A stretch of DNA of 64,000 nt. Origin: Ignavibacteriota bacterium. GTDB taxonomy: Bacteria > Bacteroidota > Ignavibacteria > UBA10030 > CAVZMI01. The stretch spans positions 459,166 through 523,165 of the forward strand of contig CAWIHK010000005.1 of NCBI GenBank assembly GCA_963835935.1. The letters are read 5' to 3'. The notes under the pieces are model-generated. The model saw only the letters and a program-made list of their open reading frames with translations, made no database searches and was not told the origin of the DNA. Made by a program: the position numbers and the translations under genes. How positions within the stretch are numbered: position 1 is the stretch's first letter; every line of letters begins with the position of its first letter. This document shows, in pieces, positions 1 through 9,037 of this stretch.

Positions 1-1
1 A

Positions 2-2218
2 TATGAAAAGTTCATTCTGAATCCCAGCCAGACAAGACTTTTTTTGGAAATTAGCCATTCAGGAAATTTGGCAGTTATTGACCCTGAAATGCCGGATTCG
101 ACATTGAAACTATTTAATACTCATGATGGAACAATTATTGGAGTATTGGATGGTCCTAATAATACAATGTACGTTTCTGGTTGGTTTGGTCATTTTGATG
201 GAGATACTGTTGGGCTTTCCGGTAGTTATATTCTTGATCGAAATACACTTGCAATAATCGACTCAACCTCAGATTCTGAAATTAACCTCAAGCGGGATCT
301 TGCGCTACACGGTCTTCATAATAATCTAAGATCATTTTTATCGAGTGATAAATCAAGCTTCTATACATTTGTCTACAACGATAAGACTGGCATATATTTC
401 GATGTTGCGAGTACAAAAACAAATCGACATACAGGTAGAAAGCAATGTGGAACATTAGGCGGATTTGTTTATGGGCCATCTATCGAAGATGAAAGGAATG
501 GATATGCCATTATCAGTTATGAAACTTCGGCAGGATTTGCGTACCAGCAATTCGTGATTTGTGATGTCGATTCAGGTATTATAAGGTCGATAATTCCGTT
601 TACGAAAAGAGCAGATGTCTATCTTTCTGCTGACAACAAATATACGTTGATTGAAGAAGCAAATTGGGATCCGAGTGCAGCTTCAAGAAATTATTTACCC
701 GGAGAATACATCACTGGCAATATTTATGTATACGAATCCACGAGTGGAAAATTTATACAACATTTAAAATTGCCTCCACAAGGTGAGGTTTTACTTTTTG
801 ACAATTACCCCAACACGCTTTATTACTATTTACCAAAGCAGCATCGCTCAATCAACATCGATCTCTCTAAATTAGGACCCGATACTTGTACCATAAAACT
901 CCTCTCAAGCACCGGCACACCGCTTACCACCGGCACGCTTCAATATAAAGACAGCACATGGCAAGACGCCACAAACAACAACGACGGTACATTTACAATC
1001 ACTACTACACGTAAAAAACTAAGTCTCCGTATGACTTACGAGTACGGCACACAAACAAAATCGAATATCACGGTTAAGAATGATACAACAATAATCTTTC
1101 AGACAAAAAATGTGTCAGTTAACCTGCAAACCAGCGGCGGCAGTCCGTTAGATACAGGCACGGTGCAATATAATGAAAGCGGTTGGCAGAACTTTGGAAC
1201 AACAACAAACGGAGTTGTAACGAAAGAACTACTTCCTGTCAAGTACAAATTTAAAATGACATACAACAACGCCAGCAATGAGAAAACGCAAAACATCGAC
1301 TCAATCGCAACGGTTGTGTTTCAAACCATTCCTGCAAAAGTGCAGTTATTAACAAGCGCAGGTGTTTCGTTAGATACAGGTATTGTACAGTATAATTCCG
1401 GCGGTTGGAATAATTTTGGGACAACGATGAACGGCATTGTTAGCAAAGAATTGCTTCCGGCAAAATATACGTTTCGAATGACGTACGCTTCTGCCAGCAA
1501 GGACAAAGCGCAGGATTTGGATTCTAATGCTGTCGTTGTATTCCAGACTATAAATGCAACGGTTCAGTTGCAGAATAATATGGGCACTCCACTCGATACA
1601 GGTACTGTGCAATACAACGCAGGCGGTTGGAAACTGTTCGGAACAACGACAAACGGTACAGCAACAAAAGAATTATTGCCAAATAATTATTCATTCAGAA
1701 TGACGTACGCGTTTGCGAACAAGGATAAGCAACAAGACATCGGGATAAACTCAGCCGTGATTTTTCAAACGGTCAATGCAATAGTCCAATTGCAAAATAG
1801 TCAAGGCACACCGCTCGATACAGGTGTGGTGCAGTACAACGCAGGCGGATGGAAACCATTTGGGATAACTATGAACGGAAGTGCATCGAAACAATTATTA
1901 TCAAACCAGTATAACTTCCGGATGACGTATGCTTCGATCAACAATGAAAAAGTTCAGAATCTTGATTCGAGCAATACGATAAGCTTTGCCACTGTTCTTT
2001 GTACAGTCCGAGTTACCAATTCATCCGGACAATTAGTAAACAATGCGATTGTAACGTATAATTCCGGGAAACCATTCGGCACGACGGTCAACGGTATTAC
2101 GACAAAGGAATTATTACCGGCAAATATAACTTTCAAGGTTCAATCCGGCAAAACGAAACAAGATAAGATCCAGGATATATCGACGAATAACGTGGTGGAG
2201 TTTGTAGTGCAGCCATAA
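2..2218 (+). CDS. Secreted repeat protein, 5'-partial. The reading frame is open to the window edge and the first in-frame start is TTG at 44. An N-terminal globular region is followed by six tandem Ig-like repeats of about 74 aa.
   Basis: Frame 2 has no stop between nt 2 and 44. Six ~74-aa units recur with a conserved core (G.PLDTG.VQYN..GW..FGTT.NG...KELLP..Y.F.MTY). The protein ends VVEFVVQP and has no T9SS CTD. Confidence 0.6.
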   Translation, partial: YEKFILNPSQTRLFLEISHSGNLAVIDPEMPDSTLKLFNTHDGTIIGVLDGPNNTMYVSGWFGHFDGDTVGLSGSYILDRNTLAIIDSTSDSEINLKRDLALHGLHNNLRSFLSSDKSSFYTFVYNDKTGIYFDVASTKTNRHTGRKQCGTLGGFVYGPSIEDERNGYAIISYETSAGFAYQQFVICDVDSGIIRSIIPFTKRADVYLSADNKYTLIEEANWDPSAASRNYLPGEYITGNIYVYESTSGKFIQHLKLPPQGEVLLFDNYPNTLYYYLPKQHRSINIDLSKLGPDTCTIKLLSSTGTPLTTGTLQYKDSTWQDATNNNDGTFTITTTRKKLSLRMTYEYGTQTKSNITVKNDTTIIFQTKNVSVNLQTSGGSPLDTGTVQYNESGWQNFGTTTNGVVTKELLPVKYKFKMTYNNASNEKTQNIDSIATVVFQTIPAKVQLLTSAGVSLDTGIVQYNSGGWNNFGTTMNGIVSKELLPAKYTFRMTYASASKDKAQDLDSNAVVVFQTINATVQLQNNMGTPLDTGTVQYNAGGWKLFGTTTNGTATKELLPNNYSFRMTYAFANKDKQQDIGINSAVIFQTVNAIVQLQNSQGTPLDTGVVQYNAGGWKPFGITMNGSASKQLLSNQYNFRMTYASINNEKVQNLDSSNTISFATVLCTVRVTNSSGQLVNNAIVTYNSGKPFGTTVNGITTKELLPANITFKVQSGKTKQDKIQDISTNNVVEFVVQP
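886..2215 (+). repeat. Intragenic tandem repeat array: six units of about 222 bp, also evident at the nucleotide level, encoding the ~74-aa domains.
   Basis: Recurring DNA blocks such as ccgttagatacaggcacggtgcaatataat / tcgttagatacaggtattgtacagtataat / ccactcgatacaggtactgtgcaatacaac / ccgctcgatacaggtgtggtgcagtacaac. Confidence 0.7.
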
Positions 2219-2518
2219 ACAATACAAACGAAATGTCATTGCCCCGTTGGTCATGCGCGTTAAGTTAATTTTATTTTAGTAAAGATTTCAATTTTTTTAG
2301 GCGTTTTAGAACAAAAGTATTTCTATCCTGCACCACCCACTCAAAAGTTTCACTTTTTTCAATATTTGATGATTCTGCAAGAGCAGCAGGGAAATTGATG
2401 TAAAAGGACTTATTTGTTGGCCGTTCTACCTTCTGCATTTTTACCTTATACCCCATAATTCACATCTCCTGTATATGAGAATATAATTGATTATTATCAT
2501 AAATACTTGTATGTTGTA

Positions 2519-2538
2519 ATATAGTATATATACTATAT
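2519..2538. promoter_or_regulatory. Perfect 20-bp palindrome ATATAGTATATATACTATAT immediately upstream of the transposase RBS (AAGGAG, 2545-2550). Candidate operator or promoter element inside the IS.
   Basis: The first half, atatagtata, is the reverse complement of the second half, tatactatat. It lies 20 nt upstream of ATG 2559. Confidence 0.4.
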
Positions 2539-2558
2539 ACATACAAGGAGAAATACTC

Positions 2559-3856
2559 ATGGAATCAATATCACTTCACAACTTATGTCCGGCATTATCC
2601 ACCGAAGAAATTAAAAGAATAGCCCATGAATGTAGATTTTCAAAACGTGTGGAAAAAAAATTTTGCCCGAGAAATATCTCTCATTTCTTTGTCAAGAATC
2701 TATCAAAGGTACTGTGAGCTATAATGATTTAGCTTCTAAACTTTCTTGTGACACGAATTGCGATGCAAGTCGACAAGCATATTATTATAGGACTAAACAA
2801 GAAGCCGTGGAATTTTTTAAACAGATACTGGAGACGGTTATAAAACAAAAATATCACCTATCCGACATTTGTTACTTTCGATCTACTTTCAAACGGGTTC
2901 TCATACAGGATAGTACGATAATCCGGTTACCCTCAAAATTATATGAAATTTTCTCCGGAGTACGCAATGGAACTACGCATGTATGTAATGCCAGAATTCA
3001 AGGCGTATATGAGTTACTTTCCGGAAAATTCATTTCATTTTCGATTGATTCGTACAGTGAAAATGATGCAAAAGTTGCCCAAAAACTTGATGTGCAAGAA
3101 GGCGATTTGGTTTTACGAGACAGAGGATATTTTATTACTTCCTGCATTGAATCTATGAAAGAACAGGAAGCCGATTCAATAAGTCGCTACAAACATAAAA
3201 TACGTTTCTATGATCCGAATACTTTGAAAGAGATTGATTTGTTGAAGCGATTGAAAAAAGAAGGATCATTGGACATTCGGGTAGTATCCGGTAATAATAA
3301 GAACGTTACCCTGCGTATTTTAGCCGCGCCAATCCCCGAAAACATTGCTAATGTCAGAAGGATGAAGACAAAAAAAGAAGCAAAAGGAAAATCATGTTCA
3401 TACGATGTATTGCAATTACTGGGCTGGATCATTTTTCTCACCACCATTACTGATGAATCTCTTACCATTCAACAGGTATCTCGGCTGTACGCATTACGGT
3501 GGAGAATAGAGTGTATATTTAAAACGTGGAAGAGTGAATTTAGCTTCGATAGAATTCACACCGTATCAGATACTCAATTGCGAGTATTGTTGTATGCGCG
3601 TCTTATTATGATAACATTGCTTTATGAATATGTTTACAAACCACTGGAAATATCGATCATGGCAATGTACGGCAAACAACTCAGTCTCATGAAATTCATG
3701 AGGTATATAAACCGCAACCTTTTTTATGTTGTTCAGCAATTATCGGTGTTCCCTATGTGTGAAGCAGCTGTTTTTAAAATCATTCGCTACTGCTCATACG
3801 AAAAAAGAAAAAGAAAAAACTTTATCGATTTGATGAGTTCTTTAGACTTATCTTAA
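2559..3856 (+). CDS. IS4-family DDE transposase, disrupted by a frameshift. An N-terminal 52 codons (ATG 2559, frame 3) end at TGA 2715-2717. The main body reads in frame 2 from 2636 (first annotated start is TTG 2663). The two frames overlap at an A8 homopolymer (2653-2660), so a -1 shift there would make a single protein of about 433 aa.
   Basis: The C-terminal Y-(2)-R-(3)-E-(6)-K signature (LYALRWRIECIFKTWK) is diagnostic of IS4-family transposases. A good RBS precedes ATG 2559. The upstream ORF MESISLHNLCPALSTEEIKRIAHECRFSKRVEKK runs into the A8 run. Confidence 0.7.
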
Positions 3857-4246
3857 CGCGCATGCCCGTAGGGGTCACTTTGTGACGAACAAGTGAAGGA
3901 TGTAGGACGAAATGTTTCATGGTGAGTTTGCTTGCCCCTAGCATAGTCGATGGGTCGAACCATATTTCGTCCATATTATCATAAAGATGCCACCCCGCCG
4001 TCGTTACGGCATTTGAAAAGAGCCGAAAGATTTTTTAAGGCGGGGTTCTGAATTTTTATTATGCTGTTTCTATAAAGATGTCGTCCCCCCGGCAAAGAAA
4101 AATGCGAAGAAGGGGGACTCTCCGCCTGGAAAATGGTTGACGGGGATTATCAAGTTCCGTAAGGACGGAATATTTTGCCAAAGGCACCACTTCGTGGGTA
4201 GATAATGGAATTACAAACAATGAGAGAACTCCGTTAGGAGTGGAAT

Positions 4247-4960
4247 ATGGAGAAAGAGAAAATGAAATCAATTATCATCACGATGTTTCTCCCGCTTATT
4301 CTCATCGCCGGCGAAACGCAAAAGACAAATCAGATTCCATACAACTCTAAAGGAAACGTTATTGCGCTGACGGTGGAGAATTCCGCAGATATAGCAGCAA
4401 AGAATGTAACCGTCAGAATCGAGAATACGCCAAAATGGATTCAGTTTGATTCGACCACAATCGTTCTCAGTGATATTCTCGCCAAAAAAACGAAGGATGC
4501 CGAATTCACATTTTCAATTGAACGAGGCGCACCGGTCGGCAAAGAACAGAAGCTTAATTTCAGAATCACAAGTATCGATAAACCGGTTTTGCAAAAAGGC
4601 GCAAGCAAGGCTCGCGTAAGTTCGAATAATCCGATTATTCAGGAATGGACAAAGGAGATTTCGATAACAGTCGAAGCCCCGAAGGAATTTTATCTTTACG
4701 ATAATTATCCGAATCCGTTTAACCCGAGCACGAAAATCACATTTGAGATACCGAAGCAATCGGAGGTAAGAGTCGTTATTTACGATATTCTCGGAAGAAT
4801 CGTGAAGCAGGTCGCAGATGAAACCAAGGAAGCCGGTTATTTTGAATACACTTGGGACGGAAGAAACGATCATGGAGCGACGGTGTCTTCAGGGTTATAT
4901 TTTTGCCGGGTGAGTGCTGAGGGCTGGCATAGTGTGAAAAAGATGGTGATGGCGAAGTGA
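4247..4960 (+). CDS. Secreted protein with a type IX secretion system C-terminal sorting domain (Por_Secre_tail). Likely a T9SS cargo or surface protein. The start may be the second ATG, at 4262.
   Basis: N-terminal signal peptide (MKSIIITMFLPLILIAG). The C terminus (YDNYPNPFNPSTKITFEIP...VVIYDILGRIV...WDGRNDHGATVSSGLYFCRV...KKMVMAK) matches the T9SS CTD consensus. Confidence 0.8.
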   Translation: MEKEKMKSIIITMFLPLILIAGETQKTNQIPYNSKGNVIALTVENSADIAAKNVTVRIENTPKWIQFDSTTIVLSDILAKKTKDAEFTFSIERGAPVGKEQKLNFRITSIDKPVLQKGASKARVSSNNPIIQEWTKEISITVEAPKEFYLYDNYPNPFNPSTKITFEIPKQSEVRVVIYDILGRIVKQVADETKEAGYFEYTWDGRNDHGATVSSGLYFCRVSAEGWHSVKKMVMAK

Positions 4961-5221
4961 TGTATCTGTTCAAAGTTCTGGGTTCTGAGTTCAAGGTTTA
5001 AAGATTCAAAAAGTCCAAAGATTTGCGCGTTTAACCCATAACTCTGAACTTTAAGGTCATAAACTTCTGACTATACTAATCCTCGATCATCCAAGTATTT
5101 TATTTTTTTCAGATTTTTTGTAACCTACATCAATTTCATACTGACTAATTAGAAGACCTCAAATTTATTTGAGTATGTAATTATTTCACCAAGTGAGAGT
5201 ATTCTTAAGGTACGCGACGGT

Positions 5222-5605
5222 ATGCTCAAGGATTTGATCTCGTTGCTTGACAAATATGAAACTGAACTCCGATCCCTCCGGGTACAGACCTTTTTCCATC
5301 GGCAATCTGAAGAACACTACGAAAACTTTCTTGCCTATCGTGAAGAATTGTGTATTTTAAAAAATAGACTATCAAAAATAGATACCGGAATATCTACGGC
5401 AAAATTTAATCGTCTTCTCTTACAATTAAAAAGCAAAATCGACATAGCGCAGCAAAGCCTTTCCGTTCTTCACAACTCATCGCGTATAATCCAGGATCTT
5501 GCTTCCGTCCTCGACTTTCTTTCTCGTCTGGTAACGTTGAGTAAATCGATTCCTGAAGTTATCGAGAAAAATTCGGACTCGAATTCGAATTACACAATTG
5601 ATTGA
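5222..5605 (+). CDS. Hypothetical small alpha-helical protein.
   Basis: ATG-initiated 127-aa ORF in an otherwise empty intergenic stretch, followed by a weak hairpin plus T-run (5645-5670). No recognisable motifs. Confidence 0.3.
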   Translation: MLKDLISLLDKYETELRSLRVQTFFHRQSEEHYENFLAYREELCILKNRLSKIDTGISTAKFNRLLLQLKSKIDIAQQSLSVLHNSSRIIQDLASVLDFLSRLVTLSKSIPEVIEKNSDSNSNYTID

Positions 5606-5724
5606 ACTCTAAGAAGTAAATCTTTGTTCTAATATTTTAAATGCAGGATTTATGCACAATCCTTTTCTATCAGAGTGCATCGAATTGGTAGAAATAAATA
5701 GCAACAATAAAATGAGGAATTGAT

Positions 5725-6072
5725 ATGAGTAAAAACATAGTCGCGGCAACGGACGAAAATTTTCAGAAGGAAGTTTTAGAATCTCCCATTCCAGTGATGG
5801 TCGATTTTTGGGCTCCCTGGTGTGGTCCGTGCCGTATGGTCAGCCCGGTTGTGGAAGAATTAGCCGATAATTATGCAGGCAAAATAAAAATTGCAAAGCT
5901 CAACACCGATGAAAACCAAACAACGGCTTACCGGTACGGTATTCGCAGTATCCCCACATTAATGTTTTTCCAAGGCGGACAAGTCGTTGACGCTATTATC
6001 GGTGCAGTCCCGAAAAAAACGTTACAGGCAAAGATCGAAGGATATTTAAAAACAAAAACGGTTTTAAATTAA
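5725..6072 (+). CDS. trxA: Thioredoxin.
   Basis: WCGPC active-site motif ([14 protein letters not shown]) with a typical ~110-aa thioredoxin length. RBS GAGGAA upstream. Confidence 0.9.
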   Translation: MSKNIVAATDENFQKEVLESPIPVMVDFWAPWCGPCRMVSPVVEELADNYAGKIKIAKLNTDENQTTAYRYGIRSIPTLMFFQGGQVVDAIIGAVPKKTLQAKIEGYLKTKTVLN

Positions 6073-6142
6073 AAATTTTAGAAAGCAAGGATGTCGATAG
6101 ATCGTCGTTGTAGGATATGGAAATGAAAATAATTTCTTACTT

Positions 6143-8680
6143 TTATTCTTCATCGTGATCAACTTTAAATACTGTTGTTGCACCCTGGAGTTCGGTGGCA
6201 ATATTTACAAGGCTTGAAATGACATTACCGACTTCAGAAGTTTGAGAATGTACAACCTCTGTGATCTTTGAAACTTGCTCGGTGGTAGCCGAATTTTCAT
6301 GGCTGATTGCAGCAAGGTTATCTATTGTATCCAATGTATGTTCAACATTCGTTGTCACTTCTTGAGTATTCGTCAGGTTATTTTGTATCACGGTAGAGAC
6401 TTGATCGACCGCTTCTTTCAAATCATTCATCGCTGGAATAATGGATGAATTAGCTTTTACCATTTCGTCAATTGGCTCCTGAAGAGAAGCTTCGGTTGTA
6501 AAAAGCTGATCCAACGCAGAACCGGACCGAGAAACCAATTCGCTTCCTTCCTGAACACGTTTTATGGTTACTTCCATCGAGTCAACCATACTGTTAATGT
6601 TATTTTGAACTGCCTTGATGATATTTGCGATTTCTCTAGTTGCCGTTTCAGATTTTTCAGCAAGCTTGCGAACTTCGTCGGCTACGACAGCAAAGCCTCT
6701 GCCGTGTTCTCCCGCACGTGAAGCTTCGATAGAAGCGTTGAGGGCAAGAAGATTGGTCAGTGACGCAATATCTTTTATTTTTATAACAATCTCTCCAACT
6801 TGCTGTGAGTACGACGCCATCTGTTTAATAGTCGCAGACGATTCACCCACGGTTGTCTGAATGTTTTCCATATGCTGCAGAGTTTGTTTGATTGTTTCGG
6901 CTCCGTGTTCCGCAACCTCCCTTGATTTCATCACTGCATCGGCAACGTATTGTATTGATTTCGAAGTTGTTCCGATCGCATGAGAAATATTTTCAGCGGC
7001 CGTCGAAACACTCTTTGTTGCGCGCGTTTGATTGTTCGAACCTTTCACAATATCGTCGATGGAATGGGCAATATTATGGACTGTCGTATTTGTATTTTCT
7101 ACGGCAAATGCTTCGTCATTTGCAGTTTTAGCGAGTTCTTGTGCCGCACAGGCAATTTGTTCCGTCGAATCTGTAGTTTGTTTTGCTATCGCCTCTAATT
7201 CCTGGCTCACATTATTCAAAGCTTTAGCGCGCAAAGAAATATTTACGATGAGGCTTCGAAGGCTTGTAGGTTCACTGTTGTATGTGGCAACCGATATTCC
7301 ATCGGCAATTATTCTGTTGATGAAGGGAATAAGCTGATCCTCGAAAATCATTGTTGAAATTGCATGATAACCTTCCTCGACTAAATCTTTAATTATATTT
7401 TGCTGTATTTTAAGTTCTTCCGATTTATTCTCGAATAGAGGAACAATCCATTCCGCACTGCCGTTATACTGGCGCAATTTCTCATTAGCCATTTCGACAC
7501 CTCTTTTTACCGGATCCCAAAACTTACTATCCGCTCTGCCAATGACTGCAATTCTAATTGGGCGCTGAGATTGCTTAAGAGGTTTGGGCCGGTTCGCCAT
7601 CATCGAGTCTGTTTCGATCAATCCTTTTTCCGGACACCAGAAATCTTTGTAATTCTCTTTTGTAACCATAACCATTGATGTCAGGAGACGCGGCGAAGCA
7701 GGAATCCAGCCTGCTACAAGATGATTAAATAGATGTATGACGGGGTCATATCCCTGAGCAAATGCGTCCTGATTTATTGTCGCTGTTATAATTCCTTTTT
7801 CAAGATATTTCATAGTTTCGTCTGAAAGATCGTGAGTAATGATTTTCACGCGTCCTGTCGCCCCAGCCTCAAGCACTCCCAAAGCGGCACCTGCAGGACC
7901 TCCTCCTTCGGCAACATAAATTCCTGCAAGAGCCGGATGTTTTTTAAAAAAATTCAGCGCCATCAACCGAGTTTTTTCAGGTTCATTGAGATTTTCTCCA
8001 AAATCCACAATTCGGACATCGGGAAATTTTTCGTGTAGTAAACTTTCGAAACCTTTACGACGTAATTGCATATTTAGGAAGGCGGCATTCCCCACAATCA
8101 CAGCGACCTCGCCTTTCCCATTTAAAGCTTTTCCCATCGCCTCGCCGCATTTTCTCCCTTCAACGTACGAATCAGCTCCGACATAGAAAAGTCGGTTGCA
8201 CGGTTCGCTTGTCACCGTATTAAAATCAATCGCGCTTTCACGTAAATTCGTTTTGATGGAATTGAATACGTCACCTAATTTATTCACTTCAGTCGATGCA
8301 GTAATTTTCACCGTTTGTGAATTGATCACCAAACGTTTTGTTAAATTACCATTAGCCAAAGCTGCTAAAGCATCTGAAAAATCTTTAATATCTTTTGAAG
8401 CAAGTTTTTCGCTCTCTTCAATTATTTGATTCAATGGTTTTATTATTGTATTTCGTATCAAAAAAAATATTAAAACAATGAGAACTGCAGTGCCGCACAA
8501 TCCCCAGGATAAATATTTTTGAGCTTTGCTTATTGAATCGACAGCTTCAGAAATATCGTTTACTTTGGTGAGCTGAAAATATCCATAGCTGGCAAAAACA
8601 AGAGAAAAAAGAGTTATTATTAAAGAAATATAAAGACTATGCTGCTCTATTTTTTTTAGCCACTTTCCAAACATATTCAC
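6143..8680 (-). CDS. Methyl-accepting chemotaxis protein. It has two TM helices with a very short (~20 aa) extracytoplasmic loop, a HAMP domain, a cytoplasmic bilobed periplasmic-binding-protein type I (sugar/LacI-like) sensor domain of about 330 aa, and a C-terminal MCP signalling domain.
   Basis: The C-terminal block LLALNASIEASRAGEHGRGFAVVADEVRKLAEKS is the highly conserved MCP signalling motif. The internal region (VAVIVGNAAF..., IAVIGRADSKFWDPVKRG...) resembles PBP1/LacI-type ligand-binding folds. The N terminus carries two hydrophobic helices. Confidence 0.75.
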   Translation of the reverse strand: MNMFGKWLKKIEQHSLYISLIITLFSLVFASYGYFQLTKVNDISEAVDSISKAQKYLSWGLCGTAVLIVLIFFLIRNTIIKPLNQIIEESEKLASKDIKDFSDALAALANGNLTKRLVINSQTVKITASTEVNKLGDVFNSIKTNLRESAIDFNTVTSEPCNRLFYVGADSYVEGRKCGEAMGKALNGKGEVAVIVGNAAFLNMQLRRKGFESLLHEKFPDVRIVDFGENLNEPEKTRLMALNFFKKHPALAGIYVAEGGGPAGAALGVLEAGATGRVKIITHDLSDETMKYLEKGIITATINQDAFAQGYDPVIHLFNHLVAGWIPASPRLLTSMVMVTKENYKDFWCPEKGLIETDSMMANRPKPLKQSQRPIRIAVIGRADSKFWDPVKRGVEMANEKLRQYNGSAEWIVPLFENKSEELKIQQNIIKDLVEEGYHAISTMIFEDQLIPFINRIIADGISVATYNSEPTSLRSLIVNISLRAKALNNVSQELEAIAKQTTDSTEQIACAAQELAKTANDEAFAVENTNTTVHNIAHSIDDIVKGSNNQTRATKSVSTAAENISHAIGTTSKSIQYVADAVMKSREVAEHGAETIKQTLQHMENIQTTVGESSATIKQMASYSQQVGEIVIKIKDIASLTNLLALNASIEASRAGEHGRGFAVVADEVRKLAEKSETATREIANIIKAVQNNINSMVDSMEVTIKRVQEGSELVSRSGSALDQLFTTEASLQEPIDEMVKANSSIIPAMNDLKEAVDQVSTVIQNNLTNTQEVTTNVEHTLDTIDNLAAISHENSATTEQVSKITEVVHSQTSEVGNVISSLVNIATELQGATTVFKVDHDEE

Positions 8681-8837
8681 ATCCTACTTATTTCTTGTGC
8701 GGTGAAAATAAACATCCTCAACACACGAAAAACCCTCCAAAAATTATTTTCGACATCCAAGTATAAAAACTTAAGAATCATTTAAAAAGAGACAGCAAAA
8801 TAATTTGCCAGATCTAAATGTGCGGAAAATAATATTT

Positions 8838-8866
8838 TGGGGGAAAGTGGGGATAAGTTCGGGAAC
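8838..8866 (+). promoter_or_regulatory. Distal array of three 10-11-bp-phased TGGG-type direct repeats (TGGGGGAAAG TGGGGATAAG TTCGGGAAC). Candidate MraZ box array.
   Basis: TGGGG at 8838 and 8848, and CGGG at 8860, are spaced one helical turn apart. This matches the known MraZ operator architecture (direct TGGGN repeats). Confidence 0.4.
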
Positions 8867-8975
8867 TATTCTAAAAACCCTCATTTTTCTGAATCACATA
8901 AAATCCTTTAAATACAGGCTTTTTTGTATTTTTCCCTTGACTTTCATGCGTAAAGCATTAAATTTCGAAGCAAGA

Positions 8976-9005
8976 GTGGGTAAAAGTGGGTAAACGGGGG
9001 AATGA
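8976..9005 (+). promoter_or_regulatory. Proximal array of three 10-bp-phased repeats GTGGGTAAAA GTGGGTAAAC GGGGGAATGA, ending about 33 nt upstream of the mraZ start. Candidate MraZ autoregulatory operator within the dcw promoter.
   Basis: Two perfect GTGGGTAAA units plus a third degenerate unit at exact 10-bp spacing immediately upstream of mraZ (9038). Confidence 0.5.
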
Positions 9006-9037
9006 GATTCTAAGAGGGTTTATTTAAAAGGAATGAC

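Larger units (their letters stand above)
2252..3864 (+). mobile_element. IS4-family insertion sequence (IS231-like termini), about 1613 bp, bounded by perfect 13-bp terminal inverted repeats CATGCGCGTTAAG / CTTAACGCGCATG.
   Basis: Left IR at 2252-2264 and right IR at 3852-3864 are exact reverse complements. The transposase stop codon lies inside the right IR. The ends begin CATGC..., as in IS231 (CATGCCC). No clean target-site duplication was found: the flanks share only CCCGT. Confidence 0.7.

Noticed and set aside
2271-2456. 61-aa minus-strand ORF inside the left part of the IS
   Set aside because: It has no RBS, is lysine-rich and low-complexity, and lies in a probable promoter or leader region of the transposase.
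2490-3985. Direct repeat ATTATCATAAA found both left (about 2495) and right (about 3968) of the transposase, considered as IS termini or target duplication
   Set aside because: It is AT-rich, only 11 bp, and not positioned at the IR boundaries (2252/3864). The true termini are the 13-bp CATGCGCGTTAAG inverted repeats.
8805-8993. 62-aa plus-strand ORF in the mraZ upstream region
   Set aside because: It is low-complexity, lacks an RBS, and overlaps the putative MraZ operator repeats. It is most likely non-coding promoter DNA.
8838-9005. Short direct repeats (GTGGGTAAA etc.) considered as a possible CRISPR array
   Set aside because: There are only 2-3 units of 10 bp with no spacers of CRISPR size and no cas genes. 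The pattern fits MraZ operator boxes instead.
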